The translations under genes and the position numbers were made by a program. Source: Chiloscyllium plagiosum (taxonomy: Eukaryota). From it: 62,734 bases of DNA. The stretch lies in contig NC_057718.1 in NCBI RefSeq assembly GCF_004010195.1, positions 12,970,436-13,033,169 of the forward strand. Reading direction: 5' to 3'. Under the pieces are notes generated by a model. That model did not search any database and was not told the origin of the DNA. It was given only the letters and a program-made list of their open reading frames with translations. Positions 49,031-60,835 of the stretch are shown in pieces (positions within the stretch are counted from its first letter, which is position 1; the number at the start of each line of letters is the position of its first letter).

Positions 49031-49659
49031 TCCTCTTATTTTGAAGCAGTGACCCAATTCTAAAATCTGCCACACCAGGAAACATCCTGTCCATATTCAT
49101 CCTGTCAAGATCCATCAAGATCTCACGTTTCAGTCAGAATGCCTATTACTGTTCTATACTCAAGCAAATGCAAGTCTAGCCTGTCCATTATTGGCATTAG
49201 TCTAATAAATCTTCTCTGAACCACTTCAATGCCCTTCCTTAAAAAATGAGACCAATAAACAGTAGTCCAGATTTGGTCTCCAATGCCCTGTTTAACTGAA
49301 GCATAACTTCCCTATTTTTTGCATTAAATACACTTTTAATAAATTTTAACAATCTATTACCTGCCCTAATTGCTTCCTGTCACCATATACAAATCTTTTG
49401 TGATTCATGTAATAGGAGATCCAAATCCACCTACATCTCATACCTCTGGAATCCCTCACCATTCAAATAACATGCTTTTATATGCTTGCTGTGAAAATGG
49501 ACAATTACACATATTCCCACATTATATTCAATCTGCCAAATTTTTGTCACTCACTTCATGTATCAGTCCCACATCCCTGGTGATGGGAACTCAAAAAAAA
49601 AATACAATTTGGCTTTCTTTTCCTGATTAACTTCTAGTATTAGACTGCTAATTCCATTC

Positions 49660-52330
49660 CTGATGTGGAGGTGCCAGTGTTGGACTGGGATGGATAGAAA
49701 TTAAAAATCCCATAACACAGGTTATAGTCCAACAGGTTTATGTGGAAGTACAAGCTTTCGGAGTGCTGCGTCTTCCTCAGGTAGCTGGTGGGACAGGATC
49801 ATAGGACACAATATTTATAGTAAAAGATCAAAGTGTCAAACAACTGAAGCAATATATTGAACAAACCTAGATTGCTGTTAAGTCTTTAATCACTTAGAAT
49901 GGGGATGCAGGTTTTGATTCATTAATATGTAAGTCCCAGTACTTCTTTCTGTCCCAGGATAACTTAAGGTTTTATAAAAAAAGGTGATACTTCACTGAGA
50001 CAATGCATTAAAGGTGTGAGCTTAGAATCAGTCTGTATCCCAGCCTTGAACCAGACTGGTTCTATTTCCAAAGCAGGAATTTATAAATGTCACATAGACT
50101 GACTGCCTACAGATTGTGTGCTTTTGAACAAAATAGAATGTTCTGCAAAGGCAAATCTGCAAATACAAATTCACCCCATGGACTCGTATGTCTGTGTGCA
50201 TGTGTATGTGTATGGGGGTGTGGGGGGAGGGAAAAGAGAGAGAGAGAGAGAGAGTGTGTATGCTTAATAGAGCGTGTGCACGAGTGTGACAGAGTATATG
50301 CCTGTGAGAGGGTGTGCACATCCACTTGAGAGAGAAAGAGTGCGTGTGTGTGTGTGTAGAGCTGTGTGTGAGTGGTCATGTGGAAGAGACTGTGTTGTGT
50401 TGCATTGTGAGAGAGTGTATAGTGTAGTGGGGTCACCTGTAGTGTGCCATGAACCCAAGATCCCAGTTGAGGCCATCCTCATGGGTACCGAACTTGGCTA
50501 TCACTCTTTGCTTGGCAACTCTGTGATGTTGCGTATCCTGAAATCCGCCTTGGAGGACCTTGGAGAATCGCAGCCACCTGCTTTGTCCACCTTGGAGGAC
50601 GGTAACTCTTATCCTGTCCTGAAGTGGACCCCAACTGGGAGGGAACATCCCTGTTTGGCGATTGTTGCATGTTGTCCATTCATCTGTTGTCATACCATCA
50701 ACTTGGTCTCATCAATATACCATGCCTCAGGGTATCCTTGACTGCAACATATGAGATAGATGATGGTGGCCAAGTCACACAAGTACCTGCCGCCCACGTG
50801 TAATGGTAGTATCCATGTTCCCTCTCAATCAGGGAACACGTCAGTGGTCAAGAACATTTGGCTGCGGATCTTTGGGTGACCATCCTCCACGGCGGATTTC
50901 AGGGTACGCAACAACACAGAGTTGCCAAGCAAAGGGTGATAGCCAAGTTCGGTACCCATGAGGATGGCCTCAACTGGGATCTTGGGTTCATGGCACACTA
51001 CAGGTGACCCCACTACAATATAACTCTCTCACACATAAATGATCACACTCACACAGACCCTCTCTCATACACACCCTCTCAGACACAGACACACTCACGT
51101 GGATGTGTAACCGTCTCACAGGCTTATACTCCATCAAACTCGCACACACTATCAAGTACATGTATGCGTGCACACACGCACCCTCCTCCGCACCCCCCCC
51201 CACACACACTCTCTCACACGCACACATTCTCTCTCTATCTCTTTCTCACCCACCCCCACACATACACGGACCCACACACATATAAATCCATGGGATGAAT
51301 TTGCATTTGCAGATACATTCTATTTTGTTCAAAAAGTACACAATTTATAGGCAGTCAGTCCATGTGACATTTTATAAATTCCTACTTTGGAAATAGAACC
51401 AGTCTGATTCAAGGTTGGGATATAGACACACTCTAACCTCACACTTTTAATGCATTGTTTGAGCTGAGATGTCATGATTTGGAGATGCTGGTGTTGGACT
51501 TGGGTGCAAAAAGTTAAAAATCATACAACACCAGGTTATAGTCCAACAGATTTAATTGGAAGCGCTAGCTTTCAGAGCACTGCTCCTTCATCAGATGGTT
51601 GTGGAGTATAAGATTGTAAGACACAGAATTTACAGCAAAAAAGTTTACAGTGTGATGTAACTGAAGTTATATATTGAAAAAGTCTCTCATCGTTTAGAAT
51701 GAACATGTTAGTTTCAGTTATTTCATATGTAAATCGCAGATCATTTACAAGTTACATTCTCAAGTGAACTTTAACAATTGGTGTCATGTTGACCCAGATA
51801 ACGCATTGAAGGTGTGAGCTGCCCTGTGTGAGACTGTCTGTGCCACAATAGTCAGAGTGATTCTAATCTAAGAAATGGATTTACAGAATCTTACATGGAT
51901 TCATGCAGTTTTTGAGCAAAGTAAAATGTAATTCTGCAAGTACAAATTCACCTCACAAATGTATATGCATATATATGCACGTGGGTGTGTGTGTGTGTGT
52001 GGAGGGGGTTTTATGAGTGTCTGTGAGAGTGTGTGCATGTGTGTGATTGTGAGTGTAAAGGAGTATAAGTCTGTGAGAGGGTGCATTGTGTGAGTGTGGG
52101 AGTGTATGTTCTGGGATTTACTTACTAATGAATCGAAACCTGCATTCCCATTCTAAGTGATTAAAGACTTAACAGCAATCTAGGTTTGTTCAATACATCA
52201 CATCAGTTGTATAATCATTTGATCTTTTACTATAAATTCTGAATCCTATGATCCTGCCTAACTAGCTACCTGAGGAAGGAGCAGCGCTCCGAAAGTTTGT
52301 ACTTCCAACCTGGATGTTGTGTGATTTTCA
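49660..52330. mobile_element. Large inverted pair of Penelope-like 3' ends, with a third copy nested at ~51473-52105
   Basis: 49660-50690 is the reverse complement of 50826-51470 plus 52108-52330; GIY-YIG remnant (PEAWYIDET; QRVIAKFGTHEDGLNWDLGFMAHY); hammerhead cores at 51566-51594 (-) and 52270-52298 (+). Confidence 0.8.
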
Positions 52331-52339
52331 ACTTCTATC

Positions 52340-54740
52340 CCCTATGCAGAAGACTAATACAAAATAGGTAGGAAAGTATGCTATAACAAAAACATAATAA
52401 TGTTGCAGAGAGATACAGTTAGGTTGAGTAACTGGGCAAAAATCTGGCAAATCGTGTATAATTCGTAAAAATATAAAGTTATTCACTTTGGCAGGAAGAA
52501 TAAAAAGTCAGAGCATTACTCAAACAGAGAAATACTGTAGAATTCTGAGGTACATGAGTCAGAAAAAGTTAGCATGCAGGTTCGGAAAGTAATCAAGAAA
52601 GTTAATGGGATCCTACCTTTTGCTGCAAAATGTATTGAATATAAAGGTAAGGATGTTATGCTTCATTTTGCAGAGTTTTGGTGAGACCATATCTCAAATG
52701 CAGTGTGCAGTTTTGGTCTCCTTACTTAAGGAGAGATGTAAATGCATTGGAGGTGGTTCAGATGAAGTGTGCTAGATAGATAGCTGGTAATGAACAGATC
52801 GCCTTATGAAGTTAGGTTGGGCAGGCTGGGCTTGTTTCTGCTAGAAAGATGGGGAACTTAATTTGAGCGTATAAGATCCTGAGCGGTCTCAAGGTGAACA
52901 TGAAAAGAATTCTTTCTCTTGTGGGACACTTCAGGACTAGGGGGCAATGCTTTAAAATTACAAGAAAGTTTTGTTGTGTGACTTTGGAACTCCCTACCTC
53001 AGAAGGTAATAGAAACAGGGTCAACAGTTATCAAGGGCAGATGTGAATCTGGAGCAGGCATAAAGAGCTGAATGGTCTACCTCTATACCTACTTAACATG
53101 CTTGCATATAGGTACCATTTAATTCATCTGCCAGCTCCTTACTTTCTATTATTAATTCCCCAGACTCATTTTCCACAGGACCCAACTCCCACTTTGTTAG
53201 CTATTTTCTTTTCTAAATAGCCAATGAAACTCTTACTGCAGGTTTTTAAATTTCCAGCCAGCTTTCTCTCATACTCCAACTTTTCCCTCATTGGATTTAT
53301 AGATATCCTTTTTTTTAATATACTGTCCAGTCTTCTTATTTTGCAAATTTGCATTATTATATGCTTTTCTGTTAAGTTTTAATTTTTTTAAATTCATCAC
53401 AAATGATGAGTTGGTACAAAAAAGAAAATTGCTGGAGAAACTCAGCAGGTTTAGCAACATCTGTGGAGAGAAAGCAGAGTCAACATTTTGGGTCCAGTCA
53501 CCTTTCATCTGAACAGTGAGTTGGCATTGTGTTTCTCATTAGAATATATCTATTCTGTATGTTTTGAAATATCCCCTTTAATGTTTAACTTTGCATCTCT
53601 ACTAACCTACCTTTAAGCTAACTTGACAGTTTAGTTTTACCAGCTTTGCTTTCATATCCTTACAATTGCCTTTATGTAACTTTAAAATACTAGTCTTGGA
53701 CCTAATCTTCTCTCCATTAAAGTGAATGTAAAATTCAATCTGGTTTATCCTTACGTGAAACCAAATGAATAGTAGTGTGGTTGACTATTATCTATCCTCT
53801 ATGATCATCTAACAAGTCTCTCAGGTGTAATGAACCAAGTTGTAATAAGGTCACTGTTGTCTAGGGGCATTTTCACCATGAGTTATTAATTAGTCCCCTC
53901 ACTGCACAATACCAAGTCTAGTACAGGCTGCTGTCCAATTGGGTCCAGAATGTGCTGTTCTAAAAACCTATCCCATAATCATTCGATGAATCTTCATTCA
54001 TACTACCTTTGCCTATCTGATTTTTCTCAGTCCATGTGTAGATTAAAATGCCATACCTTTCAGATAAAGTCCATTACTTTTTTCTGTGTATTCCATCTTA
54101 CCATATGGGTATTGTATGGGCTTGATAAACCATTCCCTCAAGTGACCTTTAGTGTTTCTCATCTCAAACAGAATTAATATTCTGTCCAGTCTTCTGATTT
54201 TGCAAATTTGCATTATTATATGCTTTTCTGTTAAGTTTTAATCCTTGTTTCTTGCTTTAGATCAATCTTAATTAACAGAGCCACCCATGCACCTTTTGCT
54301 AGCTTCCTGACCTTTCTCAATGTCACATACCCTTAAATTTTCACATTCCAATCCATATCATCCTTGAGCCATGGCTATTAGATAGTACTTATTTATTTCT
54401 ATTTTCATTGTCAGTTCAGCTGTTTTGTTTTCAATGCTACATTATTTTTGTCCTTTTAGTATTTTTGTAACATCTAGCCTTTGTTGATTTACTGTCATAT
54501 TTATACACTCTGTCTCTTCCTGTCATTGTCTGTTTATCTCTTTGCGTATTAATATCTTTATTTCTTGCTGGTCTGTACTCTTTGATTGACCACATTTTCC
54601 CAAATTTGATCCATTATCTCCACTATTAGCTTAAAATTCTCTCTATTTCCCTAAACATGCAGCCTGCTAAAAACACTGGTCCCAGATTTCAGATATAGAC
54701 TTTCCCAGCGGTACAGTGCCCACTTTCCCCAGTAATGATA
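52340..54740. mobile_element. Old CR1 fragments (plus-strand 3' part, then minus-strand ORF2 part)
   Basis: LVRPYLKCSVQFWSPYL on plus; decayed endonuclease and linker motifs on minus. Confidence 0.55.
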
Positions 54741-55263
54741 CCAGTACCCCATGAATTGTAAAATCAAAAGAACTGTGGATGTTGTAAATCAGAAGGGTCA
54801 CCCAACCCAAAATGTTAACTCTGATTTCTCTCCATAGATGCTGTCAGACCTGCTGAGCTTTTCCATCAATTTTTGTTTTTGTGCCCCATGAATTGTGCCC
54901 CACTTTGATCAATCTTTAAACTGTAAATAATTTGTTATTTGCCCAATGCCAATTTGCACCTGGCTCAGGCAATAAACCAGGAAATAATCTGCTCCTTAAT
55001 TTGGTGCCTAACTCCTCATACAGAGTACGCAGACCTCTTTCCTTATCCAGTTAATATTGTTGGATCCCTTTGAAGAAAATCATTTAACTTAATCAATTTA
55101 CAACCTTGATAGAATCAATATTCCTTAATCTGGGATTTTCATTGAGAGAGATGTATTGTCTTTTGTAAATTTAAAGTAGTGCTGTTATTTAACTCATAAA
55201 GATGTCACAAAACTTGCCATAACTTTGTATATCTCTGCTGTAAATGAAAATTACTTAACTTAC

Positions 55264-55317
55264 CCAGGAACTATGTACTGAGAGATATTTTTGGTTTCAC
55301 ATCCAGATAAACTGGGT
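55264..55317 (-). CDS. catspere: CatSper epsilon coding exon (R)PSLSGCETKNISQYIVP(G)
   Basis: Acceptor ...tatttatttcag, 54 nt, donor gtaagt; phase 2 to 2, in frame with neighbours. Confidence 0.85.
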
Positions 55318-56548
55318 CTGAAATAAATAGAATGTCTGATAAATGGACAACAGAAACAGTGAAATATTGTTAAAAATAAAAGCACCAAGAGGAAGTTTAC
55401 TATTTTAATGCCTGGTGTAATGGATGAATCACATTTCTGATTTGGAATCCAACTTTTTACACAGCGCACTCTATAGTTGCTCCTTACAAACACAATCAAA
55501 TTGACATCCAAACTCTGGCTCCCCAACAAGTAGGATGGGAAGGCAGAATGATGCATATAATCTATCAAAGGAAGGATTTCTAATTAAAAGGACCTCAGCT
55601 TGGGTGAGAAAAGCTCATGAGTATTAGATTTGCCTGTGATTCAATCATCTGTCAAACACAGACAGTACTCTCTGGGAGAAAATGTGATTTGATAGTAGTT
55701 TCTCAAATTAATGACTGGAGCTCTTCAGTGCAACTGATCAAAGTCTTTCTATTTTATCAATTTCACTGAAGAAGTTATTTCCACTGTGGACTTCGTTCAA
55801 TAATTCTGGCAAATTTCTGACAGGTTGAAAAATAGGCCGCACTACAAGGAAATTAAGGTTCTAAGTTAAAGAGCATCATAAATTAGCTTCTGAACAAACT
55901 GCTCCTGGTTTCCCCAATCACCTTCAATGCTGCCTCAGGGAAGTGTGATTAGAGTGTGAGATCATGAAGGATACCAACTGGAGCCAACTTCTAGAAATTT
56001 CCCATCCTGATCACTCAGAACCCATCACAGTAGGCTGAAAAACGTCTGCTCCACATCATGATTCAGATAACGCTAGTCTACAGAAAATAAACTGAACATA
56101 CACTTCAGCTCAATTAGTAAAATCTAATCCAGTATTCATATAGCCTCATAAGGTTCTCCATCCTCTTTACTACTCTTTTCTTTTACTTCCTTTTTCCTTC
56201 GCCCTTCTATATAGCATGATGTTTTTTTCACTTATCTCATACTCTTTTACCATGTCCCATTATTCCTTTTATATCATCTCTCCTGCCATCCAACCCATCC
56301 AAGAGCTTTCCTTTTGCTCTTTCATCCTCTGTCTCTTTCCATGCCCTTGTTCATGTTTAAAAACATTTTTTTTCTACTTTTGAAAAAGGTCCGTGACCTG
56401 AAACATTGCGTGACTTTTGACCTTCTGATCTTTCACAGTAATAGAGACTGGACCTCTTTGGGAACCTGGAAGTTTGAACAACAGGCATGCCTGGTTATTT
56501 CATGGCATGTATGTGGCACGAATTTTACTTATCACTTGTCAGCCTAAG

Positions 56549-57395
56549 GAGAAAGTGAGGACTGCAGATGTTAGAGAGTCAGAGTTGAAAAGTACAGTGC
56601 TGGAAAAAGCACAGGAGGTCAGGCAGCATCCGAGGAGCAGAAGAATCTACATTTCTGGCACAAGTCCTACATCAGGAAATTGACTGTTCTGCACCTCAGT
56701 TGCTGCTTGACCTCCTGTGCTATTTCCAGCACCACATTTTTCAACTTTTCAGCCTAAGCCTGGACGTTGTCCAGGATTTGAAAACACTCAATGCTGGAGA
56801 TCACAGCAAATCAGACAGCATCCATGGAGAGACAGAAAGCTGAAATTTCGAGTCTAGATGATAGACTCAAAATCTTAGCTTGCTCTCTCTCCATGGATGC
56901 TGTCTGACTCGCTGTAATCTCCAGCATTGGTTGTTTTCAGTATAGGCTCCAGCATCTGCAGTAATTTTCTTCTACATATTGTCCAGGTTTTGTTGCATTT
57001 GTAGATGGAGTGCCTTAGTAGCTGAGGAATCATAAGTAGTGCTGAACATGGTGCTACCATTAGTAAACATGTTCACTTCTGACTTATTGATTGAGGAAGG
57101 TCACTGATAAAGCAGCTGAAGATGGTTGGGCCTAGGATATTATCCTGAAGAACTCTTGCAGAGATGTCCTGGAGCTGAGATTACCAACCACCAACAATCA
57201 CAAGCATCTTCCGTGGAGAGAAAGAGAGTTAACATTCTGGGTTCAGGCATCCTTCTTCAGAACCATTCTAATGAAGGGTCACTGGACCTGAAATGTTAAC
57301 TCTGCTTTCTCTCCACAGATGCTGCCATACCTGCAGAATTTTGCTTTTGTTTTTTGTTTCTGATTTCTAGCATCTGGAGTTCTTTGAGTTTTTTG
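56549..57395. mobile_element. Cluster of three fold-back mini-elements of different families
   Basis: Flanking duplications TCAGCCTAAG, TTGTCCAGG(A/T)TTTG and ACAAGCATCTTCC bracket ~56549-56748, ~56780-56975 and ~57213-57395; each has inverted arms. Confidence 0.75.
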
Positions 57396-59460
57396 ACAAG
57401 CATCTTCCTATGTTTCAGGTGGATATTTTGCCCCTAATTCCCATTGATGCCAGTTTTGCTCCTTGATGCCACACATGGTCGCTCTTGTGTTTTTTTGTTT
57501 GTTGTGAACTCTAATGCTGCCTAAATGAAGATGGTTTTCTCTCCACCCAATTTCACTCCCAAGTTAAAATCAAGAGTGTGTTTTTAAAGTTTCACCATTA
57601 ATAAATTGATATAAATGTATTTGTTTCTAACAATAGGTCTTGAAATGAAAATAAATGTCAACATGAGTGAAAGTGCATTGAGGTGAAGTACAATGAACTT
57701 GCAAAAATAAGAAAAAACTTTTCTGCTACTTTGTGCCCAAAGTTTTTCCAGCTCAGTTCAGATGAAAATGTGAGCTCCCATTATATTGCATCTGGATTTC
57801 AGGCCTAACTTTTTGCACAGGTGGAGAGCCTCTCAATTGTTATGAAAAAATGGTTATTTTTCATGAGCTAGCCATGGGAAACCATGCATGTAGATTAGAC
57901 CTGATGGATAAACTAAGGATATACAGGTAGAGTACTGTTTGGAAGAGATAGGTATTCTTTTTGTCTATGGAGCCAGGATACATTTGAGAGGTAAGCTGCA
58001 CTTTGTGAAAGGCAAACTGTCCTTTGGAAATTGTTAAAAGCATAAGGTAATCGGAATTGTGAAGCTCTTTGGAACTATCAAGGGAGCTGTCAAAATGACC
58101 TGTCAAAAGAAGTACCACATAGTCCTGCCAAAAGTAGCTGTCATAGGGGCCAGCATGCTTTCAAGGCATCTAGAACTTATGCACTTTCAATATTTGCAAG
58201 AATAATTGCCTGTCATGTTTAAGCAAAAGTTTTCGACATTATACTGTTTGTTGATGTAAGCCACATAGGCTCACATTGTAGAATTAATATTATATGACTG
58301 ATTCATAATTTTCCATCATCTCAGTAGAGTATCTACCAATTCACAACTTAATTGACAGGTGCAAATAGTTACAGACACTTTCAAATGGGAGTATAAATTT
58401 CAATACTTTTATTTTATAAGACATTAAAGGAAGTTACATGGAGTCAACGGGTTTTAATAAATGATAAATAGTAAATTCTTAAACTGATAATGAAGAGTAA
58501 TATTTAATCTGAGGGTGAGCTTTGAGGTCTGCCAATCATTGGATGATTTGCCACAATTGGCACTTAGTTGGCAAATGGGATATAAATGACCATGCGGTGG
58601 CTAGAGGGCATAAAAATTGGCATGGGGATATGGGACCCATGAAGGTGTGGATGAAGGGCAGAAGGTAACATAGTGTGCCACTGAAGGTGAATGGGAGTGT
58701 GAGGGCGAGGGTGAGAGCTGGAGGTATGTTTTATATCTTTAGCAAACTGCCAGAGCACTCAGGCAAGCCTTCCATTGAGCTCATCTCCACATCCAGTAGC
58801 CTCCATATTGTTTTAGGGTATGATTCTCCATGACTCCTAGATAACTCTGCTTCCGAATGAAAATCCAAAGTTCTGGGAATTTTATCCCAGGTCAAATTTT
58901 CAAAGCTGGGAAATATTGCAAATCATTGCAAAACAGGCCCCAGATTAAGAGTGACATCGACGGGAACAAGGGAAATAAGGTTTGCTGACCACCAATGCAT
59001 ACTATCATGTGGGCAGATTCAGATTGCTTACTTTCCAGAATTGCCCTGGAGTCATCAGAAATTGAGAAGTAATCTCCAGTACTTTGTTGCCACCAATCTA
59101 AAGAAAAATCATATTAATTGAAACAAATTATGGTTTTTAAAACTTTCTCCAAACATTTCTGTTTGTCTAAACATATTAAAGCTGTAAAAGCAGCAATTTG
59201 ACTCAGAATCAAAAATCACCCAATGAGATAAAAGAGTACCTGGTGATTTCCAATTAGCAGGGAATGCAGTTCTGTAATAGACTGAGGTACCAATGACAGC
59301 GTTGGTGTGGGGCAGTAGGAGACAGAAAGCGTATAATAAAATCTCCAAGAATACATCCAACCAGTTGCCAACCCTACTTCAACTTACTTTCCTGACTCCG
59401 ATTAAATGAAAGGCTGAAGTGAAATAAAGTTATAAATTTAGATGCAAAGTCTATTCATAC

Positions 59461-59513
59461 CTTTTTACTCTTAAGTGTTTCTTCAGAGGGCAGCCCACAG
59501 AAATATGTGAAAC
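59461..59513 (-). CDS. catspere: CatSper epsilon coding exon VSHISVGCPLKKHLRVK(R)
   Basis: Acceptor ...ttaattcacag, 53 nt, donor gtatga; phase 0 to 2. The GCP..KHLRV motif is recalled from CatSper delta/epsilon ectodomains. Confidence 0.85.
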
Positions 59514-60619
59514 CTGTGAATTAAATTTTTAAAAATTGCATCACTGGACATTTTTTTTTCCTGTTATGCTTCTACCTTTGTTGCAAACCTCATATGGCAT
59601 TATGGAGAGAAAGGCGCTTAATTAGGGCATGGAAGAGAAATACACTGAGAGGGGAAAAGGGTAGTAATCAAATAGAAAATTGCCATTAAGCTCAGTGTGG
59701 CCACCACATTCTAGGATATGCATGTTTCTCCCCCAACCTCTTTAGTCCCATCCAAACCCACTAACATACACCCTCGACACCTCCATATAAAGAGAGACCA
59801 TGGTAACATACAGCACAGCAGTAGGCCATTTGGCAAATATGTCTGTGTCACACTTTGAAACAATCATTCAATTAATCCAACATCCCATCATCCTGTGAAT
59901 TTCAAATAATTAATTTTAGCCTTTTAAATCAGCTAGTCCTCCCATCCTCTGCTCTGAAATAGTCCAGCCATTCATAATAGGCTGAAATCTTGCCCAGGAG
60001 ATAAGTTCCTCTTTGTTCCCTTTTGCAGATAATCTTCTTCAGATACTTCAGTTTTGCAACTATTATTTTATCAGAAGTGTGGTTACACACTCAAGCATTT
60101 GTACCAATTTTCTGGAAGCATATCAGTCAAAGCCAAGTTGGATCAACACTATAAGATCCTCTGAAATCTGAGAAAGAAATACAAGATCCCTAACAGACCA
60201 GATAAAATGAAAAAGAGTGTAAAAATTTGATTTAAACTGTTCCATTTGAGAGGTTATTAATTTTGTTTCAAAAAGCAGTGAAGCCAGGGAACAATGAAGC
60301 GGTTTAATTAATGTAGTGGAAGGTAGGAGTAAGGGACTACATACAACGCTGCCTATCTGCAGACTCGTGATCGCGCATGCAGATTCTGCCATACTAGACT
60401 GAACTACTTATATTTGGGGATTGTAGAATTTTTTAAAAATTGTCAGATAAAAAGTTGGAGATTTATACATTACAATTGTTTTGGTAGTACAAAATATATT
60501 TATATTAGGATAACATTATTTATTAATTTCAAAGTAAATTAACTTTTCAATTTGAATTATAAATGTCATGACTGTAAATCTATCAATCTGCACAGAAAAA
60601 TATTTTACAGAAAACATAC

Positions 60620-60698
60620 CCTTCTGGATGCCATTCTACAAGTATACGCCATCTGATTAATCTGGAATTCCACAGCTAAAACACCAGTTGTTTTCTTT
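60620..60698 (-). CDS. catspere: CatSper auxiliary subunit epsilon, internal coding exon (first in window): x-KKTTGVLAVEFQINQMAYTCRMASRR
   Basis: Minus strand: acceptor ...gctgtttcag, 79-nt exon, donor gtatgt. Ends in phase 0, matching the next exon. Confidence 0.8.
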
Positions 60699-60835
60699 CT
60701 GAAACAGCAAATTATGTTGCACATACCTTAGTATACAGGTTTGAAATACAATATTTTCATTAACAATATAAACAGAAATACAGGTTATTCTGCGAGAACA
60801 TGCACTTGGTTAATGCAAATTCGCTGTAATGCAAT

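Noticed and set aside
59109..59360. Minus-strand ORF with a signal-peptide-like start
   Set aside because: No supporting splice sites, and the exon chain is phase-complete without it.
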